The translations under genes and the position numbers were made by a program. Shown one piece after another: positions 1-11,230 of a stretch of 52,875 bases of DNA. Origin of the DNA: an uncultured Clostridia bacterium (GTDB lineage: Bacteria; Bacillota; Clostridia; Oscillospirales; CAG-272); the NCBI GenBank assembly GCA_944381095.1, contig CALWJW010000003.1:1-52875 (forward strand), given 5' to 3'. Under the pieces are notes generated by a model. It had not been told where the DNA came from. It saw only the letters and a program-made list of their open reading frames with translations, and did no database searches. Positions within the stretch are counted from its first letter, which is position 1. Every line of letters starts with the position of its first letter.

Positions 1-1
1 G

Positions 2-1381
2 GTCGACATGGAGATGTCTTTTTTAAATTATGAAGATGTTCTTGTCCACCTTGAAAAGCTTTTCAAACACATAATGAAAAACACCATGGGTATTGAAATC
101 GACAAGCCTTTCAAGCGTATCACCTGGACCGAAGCCATGGATGTCTACGGCTCAGATAAACCTGACCTGCGTTTTGATCTGCCGATTGTTGACCTGACCG
201 CCCTTGCGTCACAGTGTTCGTTCAGCGTTTTCAGAAATGTTACTGACAAAGGCGGTGTCGTCAGGGCAATACGCGTTCCCGGCGGAAACGTCTTCACAAG
301 GACTCAGATCGAGGAGCTGACCGAAAAAGCACAGAGCTACGGCGCAAAAGGAATGGCATGGATAGCTATCCGTCCTGACGGTGAGATATACTCTATCCTC
401 ACAAAATACCTCACCCCCGATGAAATGAACTGCATTATAAAAGAAGTCGGCGCTTTGCCGGGCGACTTTATCCTGTTCAGCGCAGACAAGCTGTCAACCG
501 TCCGCCGGGTGCTCGGAAATCTGAGGCTTGATGTGGCGGAAATATTCAATCTTCGCGACAAGAACAGATATTGCTTCCTGTTTGTTACCGATTTCCCCCA
601 GTTCGAGTGGTCTGAAGAAGAAAAACGGTACGTCGCAACTCACCATCCGTTCACAATGCCTTATGAGGAAGACATTCAGTACCTCTTTTCAAACCCTGAA
701 AAAGTCAGAGCGCAGGCATATGACGTTGTCCTGAACGGTATTGAGCTCGGCTCCGGTTCAGTGAGAATCCACAGAAGAGACGTTCAGCAGAAAATGTTTG
801 AAGCTCTCGGTTTCACCGACGAGCAGATAGAGGACAGATTCGGCTTTATGGTAAACGCTTTCCGGTTCGGTACACCTCCGCATGCCGGATTTGCATTCGG
901 TCTTGACCGTCTGGCTATGCTGCTCTGCGGAGCCGATTCTCTCAGAGACGTTATAGCATTTCCAAAGATAAAAGACGCTTCCTGCCTGATGACAGACGCG
1001 CCGACTCCGGTTGACCCTCAGCAGCTCGCAGTTCTTCATCTTCTCCCGTCCGAAACTTCCGATGAAACAGACGGTAAAAACGGTAAGCAGAAAAAAGCCA
1101 AACCGAGCATCAATGTCGAAAATGTAGCGTTTCTTGCACGTCTCGCTCTGACTGAGGACGAAAAAAAGAGTATGCCGGATGAACTCAGTTCAATTATTTC
1201 ATTTGCCGATCAGCTCTCAGAACTCGACCTTAACAATATAAAAGCGTCCGAACACATCACCGGAGAAACCAATGTGCTGAGAGAGGACATCCCTTCAAAC
1301 CGATTCACCAAAAAAGAACTGCTTGCAAACGCCCCGACAAAGAACGACGATTATATCACCGTTCCCAGAGTGGTAGAATAA
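2..1381 (+). CDS. aspS: Aspartyl-tRNA synthetase (5' end outside window) fused to a C-terminal GatC domain
   Basis: Class II AspRS motifs DMEMSF, YGSDKPDLRF, HHPFT, YDVVLNGIELGSGSVRIH, PPHAGFAFGLDRL, IRDVIAFPK-like; last ~91 aa are GatC-like (VAFLARLAL...NVLRED...LANAP...VPRVVE) in the same frame. Confidence 0.93.
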   Translation, partial: VDMEMSFLNYEDVLVHLEKLFKHIMKNTMGIEIDKPFKRITWTEAMDVYGSDKPDLRFDLPIVDLTALASQCSFSVFRNVTDKGGVVRAIRVPGGNVFTRTQIEELTEKAQSYGAKGMAWIAIRPDGEIYSILTKYLTPDEMNCIIKEVGALPGDFILFSADKLSTVRRVLGNLRLDVAEIFNLRDKNRYCFLFVTDFPQFEWSEEEKRYVATHHPFTMPYEEDIQYLFSNPEKVRAQAYDVVLNGIELGSGSVRIHRRDVQQKMFEALGFTDEQIEDRFGFMVNAFRFGTPPHAGFAFGLDRLAMLLCGADSLRDVIAFPKIKDASCLMTDAPTPVDPQQLAVLHLLPSETSDETDGKNGKQKKAKPSINVENVAFLARLALTEDEKKSMPDELSSIISFADQLSELDLNNIKASEHITGETNVLREDIPSNRFTKKELLANAPTKNDDYITVPRVVE

Positions 1382-1399
1382 CGAAAGGAATTATTTAAC

Positions 1400-2869
1400 A
1401 TGAATGATATTCTCAAACTGTCAGTATGCCGCCTGTCGGAGCTACTCGGTAAAAAGGAAATTTCATCATCTGAGATAACAGCCGCTTACCTTGAAAGGAT
1501 AAATAAAACAGACGGAAAAGTCGGAGCGTTTCTCAGCATAAATAAGGATAACGCCGAAAAAGCCGCCGCTGATTCGGACAAACGCCGTGCCGACGGCAAA
1601 CCTCTTTCCGCTCTTGACGGAATTCCATGCGCAGTAAAAGACAATATATGCACAAAAGGGGTCACCACTACCTGTGCTTCGGTAATGCTGAAAAACTTCG
1701 TACCTCCTTATAATGCGACCGTTGTGGATAAACTTGAAAATTCCGGCATTTTCTCACTCGGAAAGCTGAATCTCGACGAATTTGCAATGGGCTCGACCAC
1801 CGAAAATTCTGCTTTCAAAATAACTCACAATCCCCGTGACCTTTCCAGAATACCCGGCGGAAGTTCAGGCGGTTCCGCCGCAGCGGTAGCGGCTCTTGAA
1901 ACGCCGTTCGCCCTCGGCTCCGATACCGGAGGCTCAATAAGACAGCCTGCCGCATTTTGCGGAGTTGTCGGAATGAAACCGACCTACGGTACTGTTTCAC
2001 GTTACGGACTTGTTGCTTTTGCCTCGTCCCTTGACCAGATAGGACCGCTGACTTCGGATGTAAAAGACAATGCGTTGGTGCTGCAAGCAATCGCAGGACA
2101 CGATCCGAAAGACGCCACAAGCTCAAAAAAAGCCTGTTCCGACTTCACATCCATGCTTGAAGAAGGAGCCGCAAAGCTCCGGATAGGTGTTCCGACAGAA
2201 TTTTTCGGAGACGGTATATCAGAAGAAGTAAAAAGCGGCGTGCTCGGTGCCGCAGAAATTTACCGCAGAGCCGGAGCTGAGCTTGTCGAGGTTTCAATGC
2301 CTTCTCTGAAATATGCTCTGCCTGCCTATTACGTTATTTCTTCGGCAGAAGCGTCTTCAAATCTCGCAAGATTCGACGGTGTCAGATACGGTTACAGAAC
2401 ATCAAAGCAGACTGATGACATCGACAGCCTTTACCTTAATTCGAGAAGCGAAGGCTTCGGCAAAGAAGTCAAACGAAGGATAATGCTCGGTACCTTCGCA
2501 CTTAGCTCAGGATACTATGACGCCTATTACAAAAAGGCTCTCAAAGTTCGCACCGTTATCCTTGAAGAATTCAGAAAGATCTTTGAAAAATGCGACGTCA
2601 TCATTGCGCCGGTTGCACCATCTGTTGCGTACAAAATCGGCGAAAAAACGGAAAATCCTCTTGAAATGTATATGGGCGACATCTACACAGTACCGGTGAA
2701 CATTGCGGGAATACCTGCTATTTCTCTTCCCTGCGGTAAGACAAAAAGCGGTCTGCCTATCGGTATGCAGCTGATAGGAAACCATTTTTCGGAAGCTCTG
2801 CTCTACCGTGCCGCCTATGCTTTTGAACGCGAGAGCGGTATCTCCGGCAGAACATTTGCCACCGTTTGA
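1400..2869 (+). CDS. gatA: Asp/Glu-tRNA amidotransferase subunit A
   Basis: Amidase signature [43 protein letters not shown]; RBS AAAGGA. Confidence 0.97.
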   Translation: MNDILKLSVCRLSELLGKKEISSSEITAAYLERINKTDGKVGAFLSINKDNAEKAAADSDKRRADGKPLSALDGIPCAVKDNICTKGVTTTCASVMLKNFVPPYNATVVDKLENSGIFSLGKLNLDEFAMGSTTENSAFKITHNPRDLSRIPGGSSGGSAAAVAALETPFALGSDTGGSIRQPAAFCGVVGMKPTYGTVSRYGLVAFASSLDQIGPLTSDVKDNALVLQAIAGHDPKDATSSKKACSDFTSMLEEGAAKLRIGVPTEFFGDGISEEVKSGVLGAAEIYRRAGAELVEVSMPSLKYALPAYYVISSAEASSNLARFDGVRYGYRTSKQTDDIDSLYLNSRSEGFGKEVKRRIMLGTFALSSGYYDAYYKKALKVRTVILEEFRKIFEKCDVIIAPVAPSVAYKIGEKTENPLEMYMGDIYTVPVNIAGIPAISLPCGKTKSGLPIGMQLIGNHFSEALLYRAAYAFERESGISGRTFATV

Positions 2870-2895
2870 TTCCTGTACGAAAGGACAACTTTATT

Positions 2896-4338
2896 ATGAA
2901 AATGATCAAAGATTACGAAATGGTTATCGGACTTGAAGTTCACGTAGAACTGAAAACCAAAACCAAAATATTCTGCAATTGCAAAACTGACTTCGGTGCC
3001 GCTCCAAACACCCAATGCTGTCCTGTCTGTATGGGCATGCCCGGCACGCTCCCGGTTCTCAACAAAAAAGTTGTTGAATATGCCGTAAAGGCGGGACTTG
3101 CGACAAACTGTCAGATCGCTTCCTTTTCTAAACAGGACAGAAAAAACTATTTTTACCCCGATCTGCCAAAAGCTTATCAGATATCACAGTACGACCTTCC
3201 GCTATGTGAACACGGTTGGCTTGATATAGAGAGCGACGAAGGTACAAAGCGCGTAGGTATTACGAGAATCCACATCGAGGAAGACGCAGGAAAGCTGGTT
3301 CACGACGATGAGCTCGGTACTCTTATCGACTGTAACCGTTGCGGCGTACCGCTTATAGAAATAGTTTCGGAGCCCGATCTTCGTTCAGCCGAGGACGCCG
3401 TTGCATATCTGAAAAAACTGCGCGCAATAATCCTCTACACCGGCATTTCAGACTGCAAAATGAATGAGGGCTCGCTCCGCTGTGACGTCAATCTTTCGGT
3501 AAGAAAAAAAGGAACCGACAAGTTCGGCACACGTACTGAAATGAAAAACCTGAATTCCTTTGCCTTCATTGCAAAAGCAATCGAATATGAGTACAAGCGC
3601 CAGGTGGATGCAATAGAAGCCGGCGAAGAGGTAATTCAGGAAACAAGAAGATACGATCCCACGTCAGGAAAGACCTATCAGATGCGCAGTAAGGAAAACG
3701 CAAATGACTACCGTTACTTCCCTGATCCCGACCTTCCGGGAATAGTTCTGAGCAATGACAGGATAAATGAGATAAAAAGTTCGATACCTTCATTACCGGA
3801 TGAAAGAAAGTATCAGTATGTATCCGAATACGGACTCAGTCCGTACGACGCCGAGATTATTGTCAGCGAACTGTTTATCGCTTCGTTTTTTGAGGAAGCG
3901 GCGAAGCATACCGGACACAGAAAAATACTTGCCAACCTCTTGATCTCTGAGCTTCCGCGGCTCGTCTCCCAAGATTCTGAATGCGTTCCCGCCGATCCGG
4001 CGCTTTTTGCGGAAGTCGCCGAAATGCTCGGTGAAGGTGATATCAACTCCTCTACTGCAAAAAAAGTGCTCAAAGAAGTGATATCAAGTAACGCCGACCC
4101 CCGGAAATACGTAACCGAAAACGGTCTTATGCAGATAAACGACGACGATATACTGAAAAAAGCCGCGTCTGACGCAATATCCGAAAATCCCAAAATGGTT
4201 TCCGATTACATTGCTGGAAAATCCGCTGCTTTCAAGTCTCTTATGGGTCAGTGTATGCAGAAAACCGGCGGAAAAGGAAACCCGGTAAAACTTACCGCTT
4301 TTCTTGAAAAAGAACTGTCAGATATACGTCGTGAATAA
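2896..4338 (+). CDS. gatB: Asp/Glu-tRNA amidotransferase subunit B
   Basis: IGLEVHVEL, RKNYFYPDLPK, HIEEDAGK, EGSLRCDVN, DYRYFPDPD; ATG 2896 after AAGGA. Confidence 0.97.
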   Translation: MKMIKDYEMVIGLEVHVELKTKTKIFCNCKTDFGAAPNTQCCPVCMGMPGTLPVLNKKVVEYAVKAGLATNCQIASFSKQDRKNYFYPDLPKAYQISQYDLPLCEHGWLDIESDEGTKRVGITRIHIEEDAGKLVHDDELGTLIDCNRCGVPLIEIVSEPDLRSAEDAVAYLKKLRAIILYTGISDCKMNEGSLRCDVNLSVRKKGTDKFGTRTEMKNLNSFAFIAKAIEYEYKRQVDAIEAGEEVIQETRRYDPTSGKTYQMRSKENANDYRYFPDPDLPGIVLSNDRINEIKSSIPSLPDERKYQYVSEYGLSPYDAEIIVSELFIASFFEEAAKHTGHRKILANLLISELPRLVSQDSECVPADPALFAEVAEMLGEGDINSSTAKKVLKEVISSNADPRKYVTENGLMQINDDDILKKAASDAISENPKMVSDYIAGKSAAFKSLMGQCMQKTGGKGNPVKLTAFLEKELSDIRRE

Positions 4339-4400
4339 GCGGAAATTTTCACTAAAACGAATATTTAATAAATCGTAAAGGTTAAAAAGGAGAATTTGGT

Positions 4401-5510
4401 ATGGTTACTGAAAATCTTGCAAAGTTTATTGAAAAACAGGGCATCCCTTCCTCTGACGTTATAATTTATCACAACCATAAGGAAATATTCAGATATCACT
4501 GCGGTTTCAAGGACGCAGACAGGAGCATACCTCTCAAAGGAAGCGAACTTTATTTTCTCTACTCCGCTACAAAAGTCATTACCTGCACTGCTGCCATGAG
4601 ACTGGTAGAAAAAGGTATCATTTCAATCGATGATCCTGTCGGTAAATACCTTCCCGCCTATAACAAGCTGTTTTACAAGTCCGGAAACGAGATAAGAAAA
4701 TGTCAGAATACAATGAAGATAAGACATCTTTTCGCTATGCGCGGCGGTCTTTCTTATGACTTCGGCACTCCGCCCATAAGAAAAGTTTTTGAAAACAACC
4801 CCGATGCCGGAACAATCGAAGTCGTCAATGCTTTCGCTGAAACACCCCTTCTTTTCGAACCCGGAACAAACTACAATTACAGCCTCTGTCATGACGTTCT
4901 GGGAGCTGTTATAGAAGTGGCAAGCGGAATGAAATTCGGGGACTTCCTGAAAAAAGAAATTTTCGATCCGCTCGGAATGGCTGATACAACCTTTGATTTT
5001 GAAAATGCAGACAAGAGCAGGTTTGCCACACTTTACAACCTCAGTCAGGACAAGTATTTTCCCGCTCCGCTCAGATGTGCTTATATTCTGGGCAAAAACT
5101 ACCAGAGCGGCGGCGCAGGTCTGATTTCAACCGTCAACGATTACGTCTTATTTTCCGACGCTCTTGCGTGCAACGGAACCGCCTACAACGGTTACCGTGT
5201 TCTCAGACCGGAAACCGTTGATCTTATGCGATCAAATCAAAATGAAACAAAGTATCCCGGAGGCAATAAACCCGGGTACGGCTACGGCTTCGGCGTAAGG
5301 ACTATGCTCAATCCTGCCGCCGCTCAGTCAGATGCTCCGACCGATTTTGAGTTCGGTTGGGACGGCGCCGCCGGTACATACGTCGGTATTGATCCGTATC
5401 ATCATCTTACCTGCGTATACGCTCAGCATGTACTCGGTCACGGTTGGGTCTATACCGATGTTCACCCTGTAATAAGAGACACAATGTACAAAATCGCGGG
5501 AATAATATAA
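4401..5510 (+). CDS. Serine hydrolase, beta-lactamase/PBP-like family
   Basis: SxxK (YSATK), LLFEPG..YNYS, SGGAGLIST, FGWDGAAG; RBS AAGGAG. Confidence 0.88.
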   Translation: MVTENLAKFIEKQGIPSSDVIIYHNHKEIFRYHCGFKDADRSIPLKGSELYFLYSATKVITCTAAMRLVEKGIISIDDPVGKYLPAYNKLFYKSGNEIRKCQNTMKIRHLFAMRGGLSYDFGTPPIRKVFENNPDAGTIEVVNAFAETPLLFEPGTNYNYSLCHDVLGAVIEVASGMKFGDFLKKEIFDPLGMADTTFDFENADKSRFATLYNLSQDKYFPAPLRCAYILGKNYQSGGAGLISTVNDYVLFSDALACNGTAYNGYRVLRPETVDLMRSNQNETKYPGGNKPGYGYGFGVRTMLNPAAAQSDAPTDFEFGWDGAAGTYVGIDPYHHLTCVYAQHVLGHGWVYTDVHPVIRDTMYKIAGII

Positions 5511-6328
5511 TGAGTGTATTCAGTTTTTTTCTTGACATCGACGGAACCATACTGGGGCAGGGAAAATCTGCTCCATCGGAAGCTGTATGTGACGCAATCG
5601 GTAATGCCAGAGCGGAAGGCTGTAAAGTTTTCATAAATTCCGGAAGAACGCTTTCGTACATTCCGGATACTATAAAGAAATCCGGACTCTTTGACGGCTT
5701 TTGCTGCGGATGCGGAACATATATATTATATGACGGAAAAGTCATAACGGAAAAATATCTTTCAAAAGAGACTCTTATCGCAATAACAGACGCTTTTTAC
5801 GGTTTGAAACTGTCAGCTCACCTTGTTCTGGAAGGCAGAGATAAGATGTATTATCTGGGTGAGCCGAACAGTTGGATAACCAACAGCGGATTTATCAGGA
5901 TCTCTTCATCGGAATTTTTCAGAGAGCAGTCGCAACTTCCCGTCATCAGCAAATTTTCCATACACAATGACGACCGTCAGCGCAAAGAATTTCTGGATCT
6001 TCTGAGAAAAGAATTCAAGGTTATGATTTTACCCGGTTATGTTGAGTGTGTGCCTCTCGGATATGATAAAGGCAATGCTATCCTGCAAACAGAACAGTAT
6101 CTCGGTCTTGATCACCGATTTTCAGTTGCCGTCGGTGATTCGATGAATGATTTTGAAATGCTGAAATACGCCGGAATTTCGGTGGCAATGGGAAACAGTC
6201 CCACAGAAGTAAAAAATATCTGCGACATTGTCACCGAAAGCTGTGAAAATGACGGTGTCGCAGTTATAATAAATAAACTTCTGAGCGATAATTCCTTTTC
6301 CTACCTGTTTGAGAAAAATCGGAATTGA
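5510..6328 (+). CDS. Cof-type HAD-IIB phosphatase
   Basis: DIDGT, NSGR, DKG, GDSMNDFEML, AMGNS, NDGVA; start overlaps the upstream stop (TAATG). Confidence 0.9.
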   Translation: MSVFSFFLDIDGTILGQGKSAPSEAVCDAIGNARAEGCKVFINSGRTLSYIPDTIKKSGLFDGFCCGCGTYILYDGKVITEKYLSKETLIAITDAFYGLKLSAHLVLEGRDKMYYLGEPNSWITNSGFIRISSSEFFREQSQLPVISKFSIHNDDRQRKEFLDLLRKEFKVMILPGYVECVPLGYDKGNAILQTEQYLGLDHRFSVAVGDSMNDFEMLKYAGISVAMGNSPTEVKNICDIVTESCENDGVAVIINKLLSDNSFSYLFEKNRN

Positions 6329-6344
6329 TTTTACACAATTTCGC

Positions 6345-6410
6345 AAAGAAAACCCCCGGGAAAGTTGCAGGTCACATTTTGACCTGTAACCGTTTCCCGG
6401 GGATTCTTTT
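6345..6410. terminator. Long bidirectional intrinsic terminator hairpin between convergent genes
   Basis: AAAGAA..CCCCGGGAAA.GTTGCAGGTCA-loop-TGACCTGTAAC..TTTCCCGGGG..TTCTTTT. Confidence 0.75.
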
Positions 6411-6513
6411 GTATCGATTTATACTGATTTAACTGTTTTAGGTAAACTGCCTGAAATAATTTGCTGAACCTTTGTCACAAAAAACTTTTCGGTTTCCGGT
6501 GTTTTTTTGTTAT

Positions 6514-7356
6514 TCAAAGTCCGGCAAGCTTTTCATGCAGAAAACTTACTGCCATGGCAATATCCTTTTCAGGAGAACTTCCGACCTCCCGTTCAATGGT
6601 CAGATATCCGTCATAGCCTATATCTTTGAGCGCCGCAAGATACGCCGGAAAATCAACTGCCCCTTCTCCGAGAGGGAGCTCCACAAAAGCGGGACTGGTT
6701 ACCAGGGCGTCGCCGGGTTTTATTCCGTAAATAACTTCCGGATCCTTGTCATAAAGCTTTTTGCCGTCCTTTGCGTGTGTGTGCACAATATAATCCCTCA
6801 AAGTATAGACTGCTCTGACCGGATCGTCCCCCGTCACCATTACAAGATTTGCCGGGTCAAGATTGACAGCTACTCCTTTCGACATCAGCGAATCAAGAAA
6901 TTTTTTCAGCGTTTCGGCAGTTTCAGGTCCTGTCTCCACTGCAAAATGGGCTTCCATTGAATCCGCCGCTTCCGCCAGCTCCCGGCACGCCTTCTGCATT
7001 ATCTCATACCTTGGGTGATTTTCGTCAGACGGTACAACTCCGATGTGCGTTGTCACCACATCTGTTTCCAGATCCTTGGCAAGCTCAAGTATCCGTTTTG
7101 ACTGTTCAATAAGCTCCGGATTTTTCCCGGCGTCCCCGAAACCGTGTCCGAGATCTCCGCAGATCGCGCTTACTCTGAGCCCGCAGTCCTTTATGTACGC
7201 CAGTAACTCTTTCCTTTTCTCCTTTGTCAGGTTTTCAGGCGAATTTTCACCCCTCGTTGCGTACATCTGAAATCCTGATGCGCCGACTTCCTTTACTTTT
7301 TTTATTGCTTCCCTCGTCGGCAGCCGGAAGCTGTCCATCATTGCTCCGATCTTCAT
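6514..7356 (-). CDS. Sugar phosphate isomerase/epimerase (xylose-isomerase-like TIM barrel)
   Basis: [37 protein letters not shown]; RBS GAGGAGG before ATG 7356. Confidence 0.88.
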   Translation of the reverse strand: MKIGAMMDSFRLPTREAIKKVKEVGASGFQMYATRGENSPENLTKEKRKELLAYIKDCGLRVSAICGDLGHGFGDAGKNPELIEQSKRILELAKDLETDVVTTHIGVVPSDENHPRYEIMQKACRELAEAADSMEAHFAVETGPETAETLKKFLDSLMSKGVAVNLDPANLVMVTGDDPVRAVYTLRDYIVHTHAKDGKKLYDKDPEVIYGIKPGDALVTSPAFVELPLGEGAVDFPAYLAALKDIGYDGYLTIEREVGSSPEKDIAMAVSFLHEKLAGL

Positions 7357-7479
7357 ACATTTTCCTCCTCTTTGTTTTTTGTTTTCAAAGATATTGGTCT
7401 TATCTTGTATTTCCGTATTGCACATCGCAGTATTCCGGTGTTTTACAATGCTTTCGGGATTTTTTCACAATGTTCTCTT

Positions 7480-8121
7480 TTATAGTGATTTAAGAAACTC
7501 TTCAAGCAGACCTGCTATCCGTTTATGACCGTTATCATTCGGGTGAAGTCCGTCCGGACAGTATATCTCCCTGATTTTTTCAACACATGGCTGAATTCCG
7601 GAAACTGACCACAAGTCAAGCACCGGCAATGAATAATATTCAGCCACCTCTCTTATTATTCTGACGTAATCATACAGTATGCTGCCGTCAGCTTTCCGAC
7701 AGTTCTCACTCGTTCTGTGCAACGGCGTCATTATTACTATCCTCGCCAGCGGATATTTTCCGAGAAGCCCCGACATAAGGTAGTGGCAGGCTCCGTAAAA
7801 AGTGTCCGGCGTTCTGTCTGACGGCTCTCCTATCGGAGCGTCTCCGTGACCGAAATCGTTTGTTCCGCCGAATACCACGACCAGATCTGCGTCGCTGTCC
7901 ATACCGGAAAACCTGTTACAAAAATCCGTATCCGGCGTCGGCAGATGCTTTTCCACAGTTTGTTTTGCTATCCTCGTCGCGCTGATTCCGTAGTTTCTGC
8001 AAACCGAAAATTCGCATTTTCTTGCCAGCAATGAAAGATATATACTGTCCCTTGACGATGTCCCTACCCCCTCGGTTATGCTGTCTCCGAGAAAGTTGGC
8101 TTTAATTCCTTTAAGTTCCAT
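7480..8121 (-). CDS. SGNH/GDSL hydrolase
   Basis: FLGDSIT, GGTND, DGLHPN blocks; RBS GAGGTG. Confidence 0.9.
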   Translation of the reverse strand: MELKGIKANFLGDSITEGVGTSSRDSIYLSLLARKCEFSVCRNYGISATRIAKQTVEKHLPTPDTDFCNRFSGMDSDADLVVVFGGTNDFGHGDAPIGEPSDRTPDTFYGACHYLMSGLLGKYPLARIVIMTPLHRTSENCRKADGSILYDYVRIIREVAEYYSLPVLDLWSVSGIQPCVEKIREIYCPDGLHPNDNGHKRIAGLLEEFLKSL

Positions 8122-8210
8122 AAAAGTCACCTCTTTGAAAGTTTTTCAGAAAAAAATCATCTTACGGCAGCGGGCGACAGCGATCTGTGTCACAAGAACC
8201 TCTGCTCAAC

Positions 8211-9182
8211 TCAATTCAGAAATTCCCTGACAAACCAAATATCGCTGAGGGGTATCTCCACTTCTCTGCCGCGCAGGTAGTCAAGTGCGCAGCTCTCGGA
8301 CGTATCGAAGTCAAAGCGTATATATCTTGAACATAGCGCCTGAAACCGGTAACCTTTTTTTCTGTCTTCCCTGCTTATTCCGTACTTACCGTCCCCTATC
8401 AGCGGATGCCCGATAAATGCCATGTGAGCTCTTATCTGGTGAGTTCTTCCGGTTATCAGCCGCACTTCAAGGAGTGCATTTCCGTTCTTTTCTCCTATCA
8501 CCGAGTACTCGGTAACTATCGTCCTGAAACTACCTCTGTCCGGCTTATTTCCGTAAACCTTTACCTCGTTTTCTTTTTCGTTCTTGATAATATAGCCGTA
8601 AAGAACGTCTTTTTTCTTATCAGGTATTCCGTGAACGGCACATACGTATTTTTTTACTATCTGTCCGCTTCTGATTTTTTCGTTTATCACTCTGAGCGCT
8701 TCTGCGTTCTTCGCCGCTATTACAAGTCCAGCCGTATTTCTGTCTATCCTGTTACAAAGCGACGGAGCAAAGCTGTTTTCCCTGTCTTTGTCGTACTCTC
8801 CCTTTCGGTAAAGGTACGCTTTTATGTGGTTTATCAGCGTATTTACCCCTTCGCTGTCGTCAGAATGCACCAGCATTCCCGGCTTTTTATTGCATATGAT
8901 TATGTTCTTGTCCTCATATGCTATATCAAGCGAAGGAACTATTTTCCTGTATACGTCTTCTTCGTCGTCTCCGGCAAAAAAATCATCTTTCAGATAAACT
9001 TCGATTTTGTCTCCCAGTTCAAGCTTTCTGCCGATCTCCGTCTTTTTACCGTTCAGCTTTATTTTTTTTGTCCGGAAAGCCTTATACATCATAGACTGAG
9101 GAAGCGCCTTTATCGTTTTGGTTATGAATTTGTCTATTCTTTGTCCTTTGTCGTTTTCTCCGACCGTGTAGCTTTTGTACAT
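8211..9182 (-). CDS. RluA/RluC-family 23S rRNA pseudouridine synthase with S4 domain
   Basis: QRIDKF S4 domain, NKKPG, NRIDRNTAG catalytic Asp, TGRTHQIRAH, HPLIGDGKYG. Confidence 0.93.
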   Translation of the reverse strand: MYKSYTVGENDKGQRIDKFITKTIKALPQSMMYKAFRTKKIKLNGKKTEIGRKLELGDKIEVYLKDDFFAGDDEEDVYRKIVPSLDIAYEDKNIIICNKKPGMLVHSDDSEGVNTLINHIKAYLYRKGEYDKDRENSFAPSLCNRIDRNTAGLVIAAKNAEALRVINEKIRSGQIVKKYVCAVHGIPDKKKDVLYGYIIKNEKENEVKVYGNKPDRGSFRTIVTEYSVIGEKNGNALLEVRLITGRTHQIRAHMAFIGHPLIGDGKYGISREDRKKGYRFQALCSRYIRFDFDTSESCALDYLRGREVEIPLSDIWFVREFLN

Positions 9183-9220
9183 ATCAGCTCCGATCCGATC
9201 TGCGCCTTAAAGCAGCCGCT

Positions 9221-9850
<630 letters not shown>

Positions 9851-9888
9851 TTATATGTCTCCGTTTCTTTTTGCGTTTGTTTTTCTAA

Positions 9889-9917
9889 ATTATAAACGAT
9901 TTCCCTGCATATGTCAA
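9889..9917 (-). promoter_or_regulatory. Consensus sigmaA promoter for upp-rluA
   Basis: TTGACA (9917-9912), 17 bp, TATAAT (9894-9889). Confidence 0.75.
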
Positions 9918-9934
9918 CAACTTACGCCATTTTT

Positions 9935-11215
9935 TTACTTATTTTCGCCTGTCTGCATTCTTTCTTTTGCCACTGCGAGCATGAGTTTGATTCTGTTTTC
10001 CTGATTGACTCTGGTTGCTCCGGGGTCATAGTCTATCGGAACTATGTTTGCCGTCGGGTACAGCGAACGCAGCTTTCTTACCATTCCTTTTCCTACAATG
10101 TGATTAGGCAGGCATCCGAAAGGCTGTGCACAGACTATATTTTCATATCCGCTCTTGATCAGCTCCACCATTTCCGCTGTAAGAAGCCAGCCCTCTCCCA
10201 TCTTTGCCCCATAGCCGATAACTCCTGAAACCATCTCTTTCAGATGTTCATACGTTGCCGGCATCTGATACTGTCTGTACTGCTTCATTACCGAATGCAT
10301 GATAGATTCTATGTTCTTCACTTTTCCGAGAAGCAGGTTGCATACCGCTTTTTTCAGCGCACTTCCTCCGTACAGCTTTATATCCTCTATTCTGTTATCG
10401 ATTTTGAAACATATAAACGCCATGATGCCGGGGACATTTACCTCGCAGTCCTGACTGCGCAGAAACTCTTCAAGATTGTTGTTGGCAAGCGATGAGTATT
10501 TTACGTATATTTCTCCGACGACTCCGACTTTGATTTTCGGCGTTACTTTTCTTTCTATTGCGGCAAAATCAGCCGCTATTCCGTTCATGTTTTTCTCAAA
10601 CGCTTTTGAAGACCAGCCCTTTCCCCTTTTCAGCTGCTCTGCTATTTCTTTCGTCCATTTTTCCGTTGCCTTCTGTGAGGCGCCGGAAACTGTTTCGTAC
10701 GGTTCTGTCTGATTTTTCAGCAAGGTTATAAGGTCGCCGTAGCAAAGCGCACAGAGCATTTTCACGATCATAGGGATGGTGAGTTTAAGACTGCTTCCCT
10801 TTTCAAGTCCTGATATATTAAGTGAGATTATCGGCACCTTGCCGTACCCCGCCTTTTTCATTGCCTTGCGGAGCAGATGTATATAATTCGACGCTCTGCA
10901 TCCTCCTCCGGTCTGCGTTATCATCACTGCGGTACTGTCGAGGTCGTAATTGCCGGTATTCAAAGCGTCAATCATCTGTCCTATTACCAGCAGAGCCGGA
11001 TAACAAGTGTCATTATGGACGTATTTCAGCCCCTCAACAGCTACTGACGGACCGGTATTTTTGAGAATTTCAAGATTGTAACCGTAGCTGGTGAATACCT
11101 CACGGAGGATCGCAAAGTGGACCGGAAGCATATCCGGGATCAGTATTTTATACCTCTTTTTCATATCGCCGGTGAACGGCAAATGAGGCTCTACGTGTGT
11201 TTTTATTTCTTTCAT
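9935..11215 (-). CDS. 2-hydroxyacyl-CoA dehydratase-family protein (partner of the activase)
   Basis: GLKYVHNDTCYPA, QTGGGCRASNY, VGEIYVK, GEGWLL, QPFGCLPNH. Confidence 0.82.
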   Translation of the reverse strand: MKEIKTHVEPHLPFTGDMKKRYKILIPDMLPVHFAILREVFTSYGYNLEILKNTGPSVAVEGLKYVHNDTCYPALLVIGQMIDALNTGNYDLDSTAVMITQTGGGCRASNYIHLLRKAMKKAGYGKVPIISLNISGLEKGSSLKLTIPMIVKMLCALCYGDLITLLKNQTEPYETVSGASQKATEKWTKEIAEQLKRGKGWSSKAFEKNMNGIAADFAAIERKVTPKIKVGVVGEIYVKYSSLANNNLEEFLRSQDCEVNVPGIMAFICFKIDNRIEDIKLYGGSALKKAVCNLLLGKVKNIESIMHSVMKQYRQYQMPATYEHLKEMVSGVIGYGAKMGEGWLLTAEMVELIKSGYENIVCAQPFGCLPNHIVGKGMVRKLRSLYPTANIVPIDYDPGATRVNQENRIKLMLAVAKERMQTGENK

Positions 11216-11230
11216 TTATTTGCCTTTCAC

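Noticed and set aside
620-870. Possible CGG sense-codon reassignment as reported in some Clostridia
   Set aside because: CGG falls at positions where Arg/Lys is expected in AspRS (EKRY, AFRFG); no sign of reassignment in the few sites checked.
4401-5510. Beta-lactam resistance gene
   Set aside because: Generic cytoplasmic SxxK serine hydrolase without a signal peptide; resistance cannot be inferred.
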